NCBI GenBank assembly: GCA_964187785.1
Contig: OZ076416.1
Location: 45,942,001-46,006,000 of the forward strand
Source of the DNA: Amphiscolops sp. MND2022
Lineage: Eukaryota
Length of the DNA: 64,000 nt
Reading direction: 5' to 3'
Shown: positions 1 to 13,000 of the stretch, piece by piece
Layout: each line of letters opens with the position of its first letter
How positions within the stretch are numbered: the first letter of the stretch is position 1
The notes under the pieces: model-generated
Told to the model about the DNA's origin: nothing
What the model saw: the letters and a program-made list of their open reading frames with translations, nothing else
Databases searched by the model: none
Translations under genes and position numbers: made by a program

Positions 1-113
1 TTCGAAACCCCCAGTGTTATTAATAGAACTGATGTAGTCACTGCTTGCAAAGCAGAAGCCACAAACAAGGCATTGGTTTTTCCACTAACTGGGGGCCGAG
101 TTTCCTTGAAGAA

Positions 114-1039
114 TCACAGAAAAGACTTTAAGGATGTTTGCAAACATGAAAACAAACAACAGACAAACTGATAACAAACAGTATAGTAACAGGAACATAC
201 ATGCGTCGATGATTGACAGGCACAATGTAGATGGTTGTGATTGGTGTGTTCTGAGCATGAAGAGGACCCTGCCACTGAACTTGCTCCTCCTCCTCCACTG
301 ATGCTGGTGGGCGCACCTGTCGTGCTACATGTGCTCATCATATCACCCATCAGGGACGAGATCATACCCCCGTATTTGCCCCCCGCCTGCAACGGCGTGC
401 CCGCTCCCACCTGACTCGCGCTCTCGCCCAGGGAAAGAGCCGTGACGTTGGAGCTCTGTTGCGAGTGGCGGGGAGACGTGAAAGACGAGCAGGCCTCATG
501 CATTTGGTGCTCGGGTGAGCCAGTCAAGGAACAATCATACGGCATGTTTGAACAAAAAATGTTATCTTTGGGGGTATTAGTGCCACCAACAAACCCAGAG
601 GGTTTCGGTGATGCAGTGTCGCTAGTACATGAGGAAAACGAGGAGAGCATGAGTCGGTTGGGGATTAAACACGAGGACTTGGAAGCAGCGGATGCTAGTG
701 TGCGTAGCGCTATGTTTGACGAGGACGAGTTCGAGGAGGAACTTAGGGAGTTGGCCCTATGGGGCGAAGCACTGGACGAGGACATGAAAGTGGGGTTGTT
801 CATTGCGTAAACAGGTGCGGTGGCCGGTGCCAACAGGGGCTGCGTCTGCAAGGGGATGTTTGTGGCGCTTTGGACTCGCGGGTCCATGTTAACTATCTGG
901 GGCGGGGGACCGGGGGTGCTCGAGGGCGAGGGTATTTGCTGTTGTTGTTGCTGAAGAGCAGCTGCCAATTCATGATAGGCTACGCCACCTACCGACTTGC
1001 GAAGGGTACTCTCTCGTCTCTTCATTTCTTCCTCCATCT
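114..1039 (-). CDS. Cytoplasmic-tail exon (poly-Q, Ser/Pro/Gly-rich)
   Basis: Acceptor gtttcag|AG ATG GAG at 1040/1039, inside the 345-aa ORF 114..1151. A likely donor CAT|GTATGT at 201/200 suggests a further exon outside the window. Confidence 0.8.
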
Positions 1040-4000
1040 CTGAAACAGTTTTCATGAATGAAAGCCTTGAAAAACAAATAGGAATTGTTTCAGGTAACGG
1101 TAATACGTGAATATCATTTGAATATTTGCAAATGGAAAAATGTAGCGTCAATATTCGAAATCTTCATTGGTCAAATGAAGACAGTGTTCCTAAAATTAAT
1201 TTGTCTGGTACTCAATGGTTAGAAATTGATAGTTCTGAAACATTCAGCGTATAGTCTACATATTACACCTATATATTACATATTAACGCAGTCTTATCTT
1301 TTAACTAAATTCAGTTTTACCATCTTTTTGATTGCATCTTTCATGTTTAATTTTTGAAATCCTGTCATAAAAAAGTTCCAGCTAGAAAAAGGTCTCCAAT
1401 TGCAGAACAAGGATGCTAAGCGGTGGGTAGGGTTCACAGTCAATAGAAAGTGATGATTGTTGTGTGTTGAGTTGCACCCACCTCTCATGATGATTTTGTT
1501 GGTGATGGAGTTGTTGAGTCTCTGTCTGTAAATGGCGAGTATGGACACTGACACGATGATGGCGATGAGGATGAGGGACACACATCCACCCACAACCAAC
1601 ATCAGCACCAGGTGGTTGTCCTTCTCGCCGTGCTTCCTGTTACACAGAACAATATATTTAATAATATAACAATCATTACAAATATTAATAGATACATGTA
1701 CCACATATAACTAATCCACGGTTGAACGCTTTTCGAACACAACAAGCTGCTCCTAGTTTTCACAGTATGAGAATTCTTCGATGGAAATACGTTATTAGTT
1801 TATTTTTAGAATCACAAAATCTCATTTTTTAAAATCTCATCGAGTTCTATTTATTCATCTAAGGAAAAGATGAAGAACATGTTCTAAAAGCAGTGCGTTT
1901 TGGAATTTAATTCTGGGACATGAATGATCTGATATCATGAACTTAACTTTTACAGGCCAAAGACAAAATCTTGAATTGATGCTGTCAAAATCATCCGTAT
2001 AAGATGTTTGATGCCTAAAGAGGAGTAGTTTTGAAAGATTTCTTCGTATTAATTAAATCAACTGAATGTTGAGGTATTTGATGCCATGTTTCTGGAAAAG
2101 GCAATTCATTAACTGTTGATATCACAAATTTAAAAGAATGAATAAAAAGGATACTTGTGTACCGGAAAGAATCCTCAAGACCTTAGACTTCAGCCATCAT
2201 TTAATATTTCTCCTCATTTCCATATAGCCCGTCACGGAAGATAAAATTTAGAGTCGATTTCAGTCAAAATACTAATTTACGGCTAACTTTGAACATCAAA
2301 GCTAAAAGTTAGCATCTCTTTGAAACTTTCATCAATTTCCGGTTAATCTAATTGTGGAGCCTTCGATTCCTGGTATTGACGCCAGCCTTGGCAATTCAGC
2401 TACTCAATATACTACTTTTAGACCAAGAGTTGTTAGTAGAATTTGGGTAAGATCTGGGACTTTAATACCAAAACCGAGCTACGGCCACTGGTTTTGATGA
2501 GTAACTGTATAAATAGATCAATTTTGCATATTAATTCAGTGGTGCGGAGGAAATTGGTCTAGACGTCAATTGTTATCTCTTCTCAACAGAAATAATACAC
2601 GCCAACAAATGATAACGTATCCCCGGTGGTTTCCTGTGGTAAGGTACTGTATGTCACTGTAGTTCTACAAGGGCGGGGGTGATCGACAACTCATTCAAAG
2701 GGATTTCTTTTATGGGAAACTTCCGACCCCTACCTGTATTCATTAATGATGGACCCTATTTGTTGAATTAATGAAAAGCTAATCCAAGAAAAAATGCGTC
2801 ATATGTGAAACGCATACGGTGACTGCAAATCGTATAGATAACATTAATAAATAGGATCTGGCCAAAAGACTGTTACTTTATTCCAGAGCCTTTTCTATTT
2901 TACTTCTAATGAAATAATATTGCATATAGTATGATATATATTATACTTGAGAAGTCAACAGCTTTCCCGAAAATTAAGCAGAAAAATAATATCATCATAG
3001 AAATTTAAAATCTGAAAATTGAAGATCCATCCAGAAGCTGAAATATCCTAATGACTGCAGACATCTCGTTACAGTCCTCTGACTTAATTTAAATTAACTA
3101 CAGTTATAACTAGCTATAAAATTAGTAATCCGGAAGAAAACATGTTTGAAGAAAGGAAGTTTAGAACAAGAATAAATGGCTGTTCGAATCTTCAAAGACG
3201 GTTTTAAATGTCAAACAAGCATGATAGCGCATTCGTCGACAAAAGAATCATTTGACCGGCAAGGGGGAATGAACAGAAAGTCAACTTGTGCAAAACTGAA
3301 ACTGCAAATGGAGATTTCCAAAAAGATGCCTATCTGAACACGAAACGCGTTGCGTTGCAATGGAGAAGTTCCTTGACAAGGAAAAATTGAAACACGATAA
3401 AAATGTGCTTTTTATCGATGACGAAATATGATCATCCATTTAATTTCTAGTTGTCGCACTAACATAATTGGGGAAAGATCAACTTAATACTTACAAATGA
3501 AAAAATCAGTACAATATATGACTACCCTATTTACAAGTATTCGAAGCGGCGGATTTTTATCACTGATAAAATGCAGGAACTAACCGAGGGAGCATTTTTT
3601 GAGTAAATACGGTATTTCAGGGGAAAAAACTGATCACATGTTGATAAATTGCAAAAATAGGTTTTCAAATTCTCAGCTGTTTATTCAAATTTAGCAACGC
3701 CATAAAGCAATGAGTACATTACATGTACATGAACAGCATCAATGCGCCAACTGTTCAACATCTAGTACCAATTTTGGGAGTTTAAAAGTGCTTCTAAGCC
3801 ACTGCTTTTAGGATGAGCAATTAGCGATAATTAACTTGAGCCATACTTGCTTGAATGAGAGTTTTAATAACCTCTTGGAGGTGATTTGAAAAATGGCTAA
3901 GGGCTAAAACACTCGTTGGTGCTCCAATTACTGTAATGAGCGCAATCGTCAATGATCTCAGTAATCGCAATAAAAATTGAGTTACAAAATTTTATAAAAA

Positions 4001-7000
4001 TGGAGCAAACGTGATTTTTGGACATACAATAATTATGTTTACATGCAAGTTAGCGTTCACGGCCGTTCTTTCAAAACAAATGAAAAATACTTAAGTGTAC
4101 ATTGCGTGTAAATAGCATATATTGACGTCATTTGAGGATTGGGATAGCAATGTTTCAATACTGGATATTTTTGCACAGCATATATCTCAGAAAATTATTT
4201 CTTTTGTATTTTGCAGCAGAAACACCATTATTCACAGCGGAAACTCGGAAACTTGAAGCAACACTGGTTCCCAAACATGTTCAATGATATAAAAATTTTT
4301 CTGAAGAATTTTCACTCTCTGTGACTCGAAGAGATTTGAAACTAAATTCTACCAACTATCATCTACATTTTATTCTAAAACGTTGCAAATTGTATATTGG
4401 TATAAAACTGCATCTGAGTAAATGAACTTACACCAAATAGTCCTCGAGTTTTCGGTCCACGTCATTTTCAGGGTTTGTTGAGGTGCCTTGTCCACTTATG
4501 GCCCATGAGTCTTTGCCTAAACAACAAACAACTTCATTGGTCTTGTTTACATTAACAACAAGGGCGCGCTGTGTCACTCCCTTTGAAAGAAACCCGCCCG
4601 CTGTGAATGCCACCTTATGTACTGCACAGGAAGGGGTGGGGGTGGCTCCAATGCACTTGGTACACTCAGGGGTTGACTGAAGGTGCGTATCAATGACGGG
4701 TGTGTTTGCTTTATAAATTGGAACACTTGCCATTGTTTGCCAATCAGTCTAAGGCTAGAGGCACTCTAAAGACTTCATTATTGCTCTTGGGAGGCCACGG
4801 AAGTGGAGCAAACAGAAGAAATGCACGGCACCGCTTATCGATTTATGTATGACCAATATTGTCAAACTAGGTCCAACACTTGCTCCCGAAAACTGGGCCT
4901 TCACATAAAAAGCACAGTGTAACCCCATGCATTTTCAACCGTCTGCAATTTCGATCTAAACTAATTTTGGCAGATCTTAATTCGTTATATAGATATTTTA
5001 GATCGTTTTACAAATAATAATTTTTACTTGTAATACAGAACCTAATTTAAGAGCAGAAGATAGTCATTATTTACTTTTCGATATTGTTCAAGACGCCTAT
5101 CATTGACTAATTACACTCGAAAAATATTAAAATCCCCCTTTTTCAGGTTTTTTAAAGATGATTTCATTAAAATTGCATAGCCCTGAGTTTCTAAGACCGT
5201 AGAGTTGAGACAGATGCTAACTTGTGATAGCGAATTTGGGCTGTGAGTAAATAGTAGCCCATTGACTGGTGCCAACAGCTTTTATCCTAAACTGGTATTG
5301 GGTGTTGGGCACCAAGTTTTGAATGACATGCATCCTCAGGTTGGGCGTCTCCAGAAAAAGCTCTGGCACTTCTTGAGGCAATTTATCCCAGCCATCGACT
5401 CCCGACCCGTGTTGCCCCGAGGAAGAGCCACCGCCCCCCGAAGATGGATGTCCGTGCACTGGGGAATACTGCACCACAAATCCGCTCACGTGGATATCTC
5501 CTCCCATGTAATAGTCGTCAAACTGAAACACACAAGATATATTGCGCTATAAATTTCAAGATAGAACGACAGACTTAACATGTCACTAATTTATGCATGA
5601 TCAGAGACGTACTTAGAACGAGAAAGCAATTAGGATTTAGCAAAATACGACTTTTCGCAAACGTTAGCGCTAGAAATAGTCCTGTCAATTTTCCTCATAA
5701 GAAGGATTTTTCGTATGAGCTATATAATGATTACACATCTGAGCTAGTGTCCTTGAAACACCACTCTATTTTTTTCAGACTCGAAGGTAATTCAGGAATG
5801 ATTAGAATTCAAGCAAAGCAATTAGGATTTAGCAAAATACGACTTTTCGCAAACGTTAGCGCTAGAAATAGTCCTGTCAATTTTCCTCATAAGAAGGATT
5901 TTTCGTATGAGCTATATAATGATTACACATCTGAGCTAGTGTCCTTGAAACACCACTCTATTTTTTTCAGACTCGAAGGTAATTCAGGAATGATTAGAAA
6001 AACGGAAATCATTGTCCTCAAGAAGAAAAACTAAACAGGTGCTTAATGGAAAAGATCACAATGAGCGTGGCGATCAAAAAAGAGTTCAATTGTTTTTGAT
6101 GGCGAAGATTTTTTTTAAAAAATTCCAGAGAAAAAGACGTTTGTTCTGGTTGTCTTTCAGAACCTGTGTGTATTTAAGACCCTGAACTTCTACCGAAAAA
6201 AATCGAAGGACAACTTCAGAGCTCTCTTATGAATGTAGAATGAACTATGCAAGTTTTACCGACAGTAAATTATTATAGAGAATAAAACCTGGACGCGCTT
6301 GCATTTATACATTCATTACATTTCCTTTAAATTCCAAGTTTTGGAGAGCTTCGCCTCAATACATTTTAGATTTAAAATGATTATCTCATTATTCAAAAAC
6401 CAACTTTTAAAAATTAGTTTGAGATACATGAAAAATGCAGTAATCTTAAAAGTTTTGAATGGATCAGTTGGAAACAGTGAAATGACTGACTTCATGTCAA
6501 TTTCAAGCAAGCAGATGTGACATGTTGTCGATAGCATGTTCACTGTCTGCGTTTCGCATTGATTGGAGCGTTCTGAAAACGGCTTTTATGATGCATAGTC
6601 GTGTATTCAGACTCCCGACCACGATTCGGAGGATTCGCACATTTAGTTCAAAGGAAATTCTTTCGCTCGATTCGGCAGACTCATGAAACATTAAAGGAAG
6701 GAAGAGCATGAAAGATAATGCTGCTTGCTGTAGCTGAGTCATCATTCCTTGCAGACAGACAATATAAAATTCACAATGCGGTGTGTTACCAACCATGGTA
6801 AGTGTAGGGAATGGTACGAAATCAATAAAACATTCGTTCACCAAACGTCACTGCCAAACAATTGCACGCGTCTATTCCTTGTTTTTTTTCACTATTATTC
6901 GCGCTTGTGTTCTAGAAGTGCTTTCCATTTTCGTGCTCCTACTTTCATTATTTATGCAATGTGGAACCATTCAAGTCATCAAAACAATGCACATAACACG

Positions 7001-10000
7001 CCAACGCGTCTGTTTCACACGGTCGGGATGTTAGACGCATCGTTTCCATTCCAGAATGCAGGAAAAATTTGGTGTAGTTATTATACTTAGAATTGTAGAG
7101 GCGACACTTCAAACGTGAGCTTCTAAAGTGCGCGTTTGACAGGAAATATTTGACACCATTCACAGTTTTAATCACAATTCATTGAAATTCAAGAAAACCA
7201 TAGAAAATATATTGGTATGAACTAACAGGTCTGTTTGAAAAAAGTGAATCGGATTTATTACGTGCCGTATGTTTATAATTTTTAGGATTGTGTAAATAAT
7301 GTTGAAATGGTGTATGTTGTAAAACATACGGATAAAGATTGATTGCCAAATTTATGATAGCTTTTTCCATAATCAATATCAGATAGGATGCATGCCATAA
7401 TCAATCAGTTTCAAATGCTTATCTTTTGATATCTGATTTAGCCATGCAACACTTTAATCGTCTTCAGTAGTTGAATTTCTAAGTATTGAAGGTAAAAGGA
7501 TGAAGGATTTTTAAACCAGCGGGAGTGAAATTTACGAGCCATTTCAGACCTCTTTTGTAAGACACGACTTCTTCAGACATCACATATGACTGCATGCAAG
7601 GCTTGTGACTTTCACCAGAATTAGCAAACACTGCCAGACTTTCAGAGCCCTTAAGAACTGTCGCTAACGTCTAAATACTATCTTCTACATTCAAAACTGA
7701 GCCAACTAAATGCTGTTCACAGATGCTAAAAGTCATTTGATTTAACAATGCCTTGTTTTGATACCACACATAGTGTCTTCATTTTTTTCATATTTAGTCT
7801 GAATAAATTTCAAAACAAAAATATTTTTGGGTTCGAGCTGATTTATAAAAAATGCATCTTGCGTTAAAATTAGTGACCCATGTTTCGTCACGGAGAACCG
7901 CTTTTTGTTTTTTAAAAACCTTTACAATTCACGGTTAATTGCTAATAATTGAAACCACTTTCTTTTAAGGAATACTTTCTAGTAGAATGAAAGCTAAAAC
8001 ACGCTGATTTTTCTCCTGCATTCCTAATGTCTAGGGTGATTCAAGCCTAAAAGATGAATGCATCTTCATTTTCACAAAGGTTTCGAGGAGAAAAGAGGAA
8101 AAGCTTCCTCACCAACTTAAGAAGTGTTTCCCCTGAGCTTACACTTTATGATAGCTTTGAAACAACCAACAAACACGGAAAAATGGAGTATTTTAAATTT
8201 AAAATATGTCACTGAGAGACATTTATTTGCGATATTTATTTTTTCTGGGTCCGTTTTGAAATGCAATGTTTAATTTCTGGAATTGATTTTATAAACCACA
8301 ACAATCAAAGTATTGCAAACTAGGTCGGAATGTTATCTTAAATCTCACTCCCAAATGAAAACTGAAGAATTTTTCCTCAGGCCTCGCAATAAAAAGTTTG
8401 ACAACAAACTTCAGAGACTGATTACTTTTCATCATTTATGAAACTCACATGCATACAACATGAAACAAGAAACAGAAAAAGAATAAAATCAGACCCATTT
8501 GATCATTTGCATTTTCTCCTCGATAGAAATAAATTTCGCCAATGCAGTGAATAGAGAATGAAGTTTCCACCAGCTCAAAAACAGGGTTGTAGTCATCTCA
8601 GTTGGAATGGAACTTTCCATAAATGTGGATGGAATTGAGGTTGCGTAACAGTTGATATCACGCTGTTACGAGGCGTGAATACTTCAAAATGTCACGAAGA
8701 CATATGACAGTTGATTTTTGAGCACGAGTGCTTTTGACGCTTTTCAGTCGTGCTTGTTCTTTTCAATGCCATCATTCCAAGTCGACCTTACTTTTTAATA
8801 ACAGTGCTACAGAATTGGACACTCTTGTATACATACATATACATACGGTATATCAAAAATATAAAAGCCATCCAAAGACAAGACATTCTGTATAAATAAG
8901 ACATTCTGTGATAAATAAAAAAGTGAGCATCATTTTTTCGTTTTTGATTCTCTTCAGAGAATATTTTGGAAATTAGCAAAGTATCGTAAAAGCTGTCGAA
9001 ATTATTTAATATGAAACACTGTCAGCTCAAAATTGTTATTTGAGCAATAACAAGTTTAAAGCTAAAATTTGTTTCCATTACAAGTATCAAAATACTTGAG
9101 TCACAAATTATTTGTGAAGTGATTGTATCATTATCAGACATGATAAAAGACAAATTAACACCACCTGTAAAGTTGTAGTATACATGTACTACACTTGATC
9201 TTTTCATAAATTGTAAAACATTGGAAAGAAATGAAAACTACTACTAAATTTCGACTATTTTCTGACTGAGAACAGAAGACATACAAAAACATTGGAATGC
9301 TTGAAGGTATTGTTGATTCAAGAATGTTTACCTCACGGGCGAAAAGTTGTTTATGTTGCTCACTCCGAAAAAGTTGTTTAAAACAACATGTTTTCATTCG
9401 AAAGTGCTTAGTTCTGATCAATGTTTGCAACTCGTTCACAGAATTATTGCAAGTACTGAGTCATAAGAGACGAAAGTAGACATTACAAAACAACTCCAGC
9501 CGTTTCCGTTTAGAATGCCTCTCTGGGTCATTCTACTCTATATAGCTAAGAGACAAAAATCTCGTATTCGCCACAGCAAAATGATGTCATTAATTTTTAA
9601 CGTCGTTCCTTTTCACAATCACGGGATTAAGATGTTGTTTACATTTTTGACAGGTTGTTTGCATAGAATTCGAAACTGTCACAAATTTGACTGCCATCGC
9701 TCAAACGAAGACTTCACAAAAGGATTTTAGATGTTAAACATTGCTTTGTCTTCTTACACGGTTTACCTAAAAAGTAATCAAAATAGAAATTATTATTTCC
9801 TCCACTATCAAACAGGTGCAACTTTCATTGAACTCTTTTGGAGAAAAAATGCTCAAAATTTGATATTGAAAATAAACGCTTTTAAACGTTTTTCTATTTG
9901 TTGAATTTAGTTTTGACGACGTTTTTATGTTTGAACATCATTTATAGCTAACTGAAACTAATTTCTGAACAATGCACATTTTGATTCAGTTCGACCTGGA

Positions 10001-13000
10001 ACTTAACCTGATCTAAAAAATGATCTAGCCAGGATGAATTTCTGCGTCAATTCTGTTTGTGAATAGTTCAGCGCTCTCTTACCGTCCATTCTAGCAATAT
10101 GGAGTGATCGGACAAAGCAGTCGCTCTCGTGATCACAGGGGGTATATCTTCCCTCCTGACCACGTTGGAATCCCCTGGCGCGTCGTGACCATGATCAGAA
10201 GAATGATCTTCATTAGTCTTGAGATCTATTCTAAGCCCTTCTGACAACTCGGAAAACCTGGACCTCCCGGATTTAGACATTCCCAGAATTCTGTATTCCC
10301 CATATCCCGTTTCGAACTCAGACAGTGCCATGTTGTGAGTTTGGGGTCCTTCCTGGGGGGTGTCAATGTCTGCAAAAAATACAAAACTTTTTCAAAATTA
10401 TCTTAACTGGTTTCGAAATCAGCTTAAGATGTCCTTTTGTTCTTTTTACTCGGCTGCTTTAAATTTCAGCATTGGATAGAAATTTTACTCAAGACAAAAG
10501 AGGACAAGAAAGTTTGTAAATAATAAATTCATTAAGTACGTAAAATTCCCTTACGGTATCGGCACGTGAAAAATCAGTCGTTTATTGTACTATTGTATCA
10601 ATCCTAGAATTTTCCAGAAATAATCAATGGACATGTTGCTTTCTAACTGACCAGTGCTATTTAGATGTATTATTGGTAACTTTAATCTTTGAACTACAGC
10701 AAGTACAGTACTGTGATTTAAAAAATGTCCATCGGAGCTATTTTAGACTCGATTTTCTCGAAATCTGTTGAGACTTTTGAGAAACATCAGACATAAAAGT
10801 TTCTTGGAATTTCATCTAGTTTATAATAGTGTTTTTAAAAAAATTTTGTCGGACAAAAATTGAGAAAGTTACACATAGCTAATTTTTAGCAAATTTGGGA
10901 CTTGTTTCCGTTTTTCCAATTTTTGACCGTTTTATCCACAGTTTTTCGGCAAGTTTTATGCTCACAAAAATTTACTGAATCTATGGATATTTTGTTTTAA
11001 TTAATTGTATTAATTATGAAAGTTATTCTCTGTAACTTTAACTGAATACCTATGCGTGATAAATTGTGCCAGTCTTCGACAAAACTTGTATAGTGCTTCA
11101 TCTGGATAACAAATTCCGAGTAGGGTTCAATAATCGGACTGGGAATGACGTCATCAACGGCATCAGGTGAATCATCTGCTGCCATTTCGTCCGGCACAGT
11201 CCATGATACTTTTACTGAAATAGACGAAGATACGTACGTACATTAAAAAAAAAAAACGAAAGTATCCATACAACAATTGTCTTTTCGCGAGCTCCGAGAT
11301 AAACATTACAAAAAGTGTGGAAATTTTATTGCACGAAAAAAATTGATGTTCGTTTAGAAAAACATGTAGCGTGAAGAATATCACTAGCTGAGTGCCTGAG
11401 TGTTAACGACATGGAAAGACATTTTGATATCATTTACATGAATCTTTTCAGAATTCAAAACTTCGAAAATTAGTTTAAGTTGTCATCAAGTATTGTTCAC
11501 TCCACTGTCAGTTCTGAATAACATCGGTACTGTAAAAGTAAAAGAACTCATGAACCCTCGATGGAAATGAATTCTTTGAGTTATATCAAAAGACCAAGTC
11601 TTACATAATGGCGGTTTATGACGTTCGTCGAACGAGACTTTTGGCCGAGATATGGGAAGCAAAATGACGTCATCGTGAGGATGCATTTTGATGAGACTGT
11701 CGTCAACCGTTATCATCGCCTCCTCATCTCCTGAAACATCAACAACTGTAATTAACTAATTTTAGTTCAAAAAAGAAACAACTCTGTGCCAACTAGTAAA
11801 CGAAGCATTGTATTAGTGCACTTAAATAATCAGCGGGATGAGACAAGCCTCAAAGAGCTGATAGCATGGATTGTTTTTTGCGTGCTAGATACACAATAAT
11901 TGGTACAAAAAATGTAAATTGTGCGCCATAATTACTTGATATGTATGTCATATAGGTATCTCATAGAGAACTGTAAGGCGGAGTTAAATGACATTTTGAA
12001 GCAATAAGCGCTAAATGGATCATCCATATTGCATTTTCTAACTTATTGCCATTTTATTGCCTTGAACCTTCAAAATGAAAATATTTTAGATATTATATCA
12101 ACTATGAGCCTTTAAGCTTCGAAAATCGCAATTCAACTGGAAAAAATGGCCTCCAAGCGAACATAGAAACTGAATTGTGCAAAATGTTTCAGAACAAAGA
12201 TGACTGAGCGGTCTAGATGTTTACGGTCACAAAAACATTCCATTCCGTCTACTGACTTTATTTACCGTTCTACTGACTTTAAAACGTTCACTTCAAGTTC
12301 CGAAGCAAAGTTTTATAGAATTAATGGAACCCAGACACTAAATTCTCCGACCACTTTGGGAAACATTCCAGCCCTCTAGCAGAAATTTATCCCAGTCCAA
12401 ATATTTTCAGTAAACAATTCAAATACAAAGAACAGAAAAGCGGCTCCCTTTATTCAAACAACCAAATTAGATTCTGCACCATCTCACGCCTTTGGCGGTG
12501 GTCAGTATAATGAAGAAAATCGCGTTATTGCAAATTATTTGCAGAACAGTGAAAACTTTTTTATATATGGATTATTTCGACGCGGCGACCTGAGACTTCT
12601 TAGTGTTAGATAACATTTTCCGGTTCAATTGGAAAGGAATTAAGAGACCTTAATCAAATTGAATTTTTAGTATAGAAAGCTTTGAGCAACTGCTTCAAAA
12701 AACAGTTTTTCTAAAGTTCATCGATCAATATCTTACATTATTTTTTTAGCTTTCAAATTATTCATGTGGGTTCCTAATTCCTCTTCAACAGCGAAAATTC
12801 CGAAATTCCAACGTCGTCTTTCGTTTAAAGTGTTTGAAGTCGCAAGAACAATCCAGGGTACACATCTAACCTACAGACTTTAGATAGACGAAGCCGAGTA
12901 GAGCACAAAGACAGATTCAGACAAAAATTGGCTTCAATCTAGCAATGCCAAAAATTTTGACTGTATGAAAGACGTTTCGTTGGAAACGTTACTCTAAAAT

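Noticed and set aside
442-810. Plus-strand acidic 122-aa ORF
   Set aside because: Antisense shadow of the Ser-rich cytoplasmic exon.
5597-6034. 145-aa ORF with an internal repeat
   Set aside because: By-product of a duplication whose 192-nt period is a multiple of three; no splice or domain support.
11501-11604. Extension of the 11730 exon to an Ig-like FRTDSG motif
   Set aside because: The GTAAGA donor at 11604 gives the correct phase and a continuous FN3 A-B strand; the longer form is phase-incompatible.
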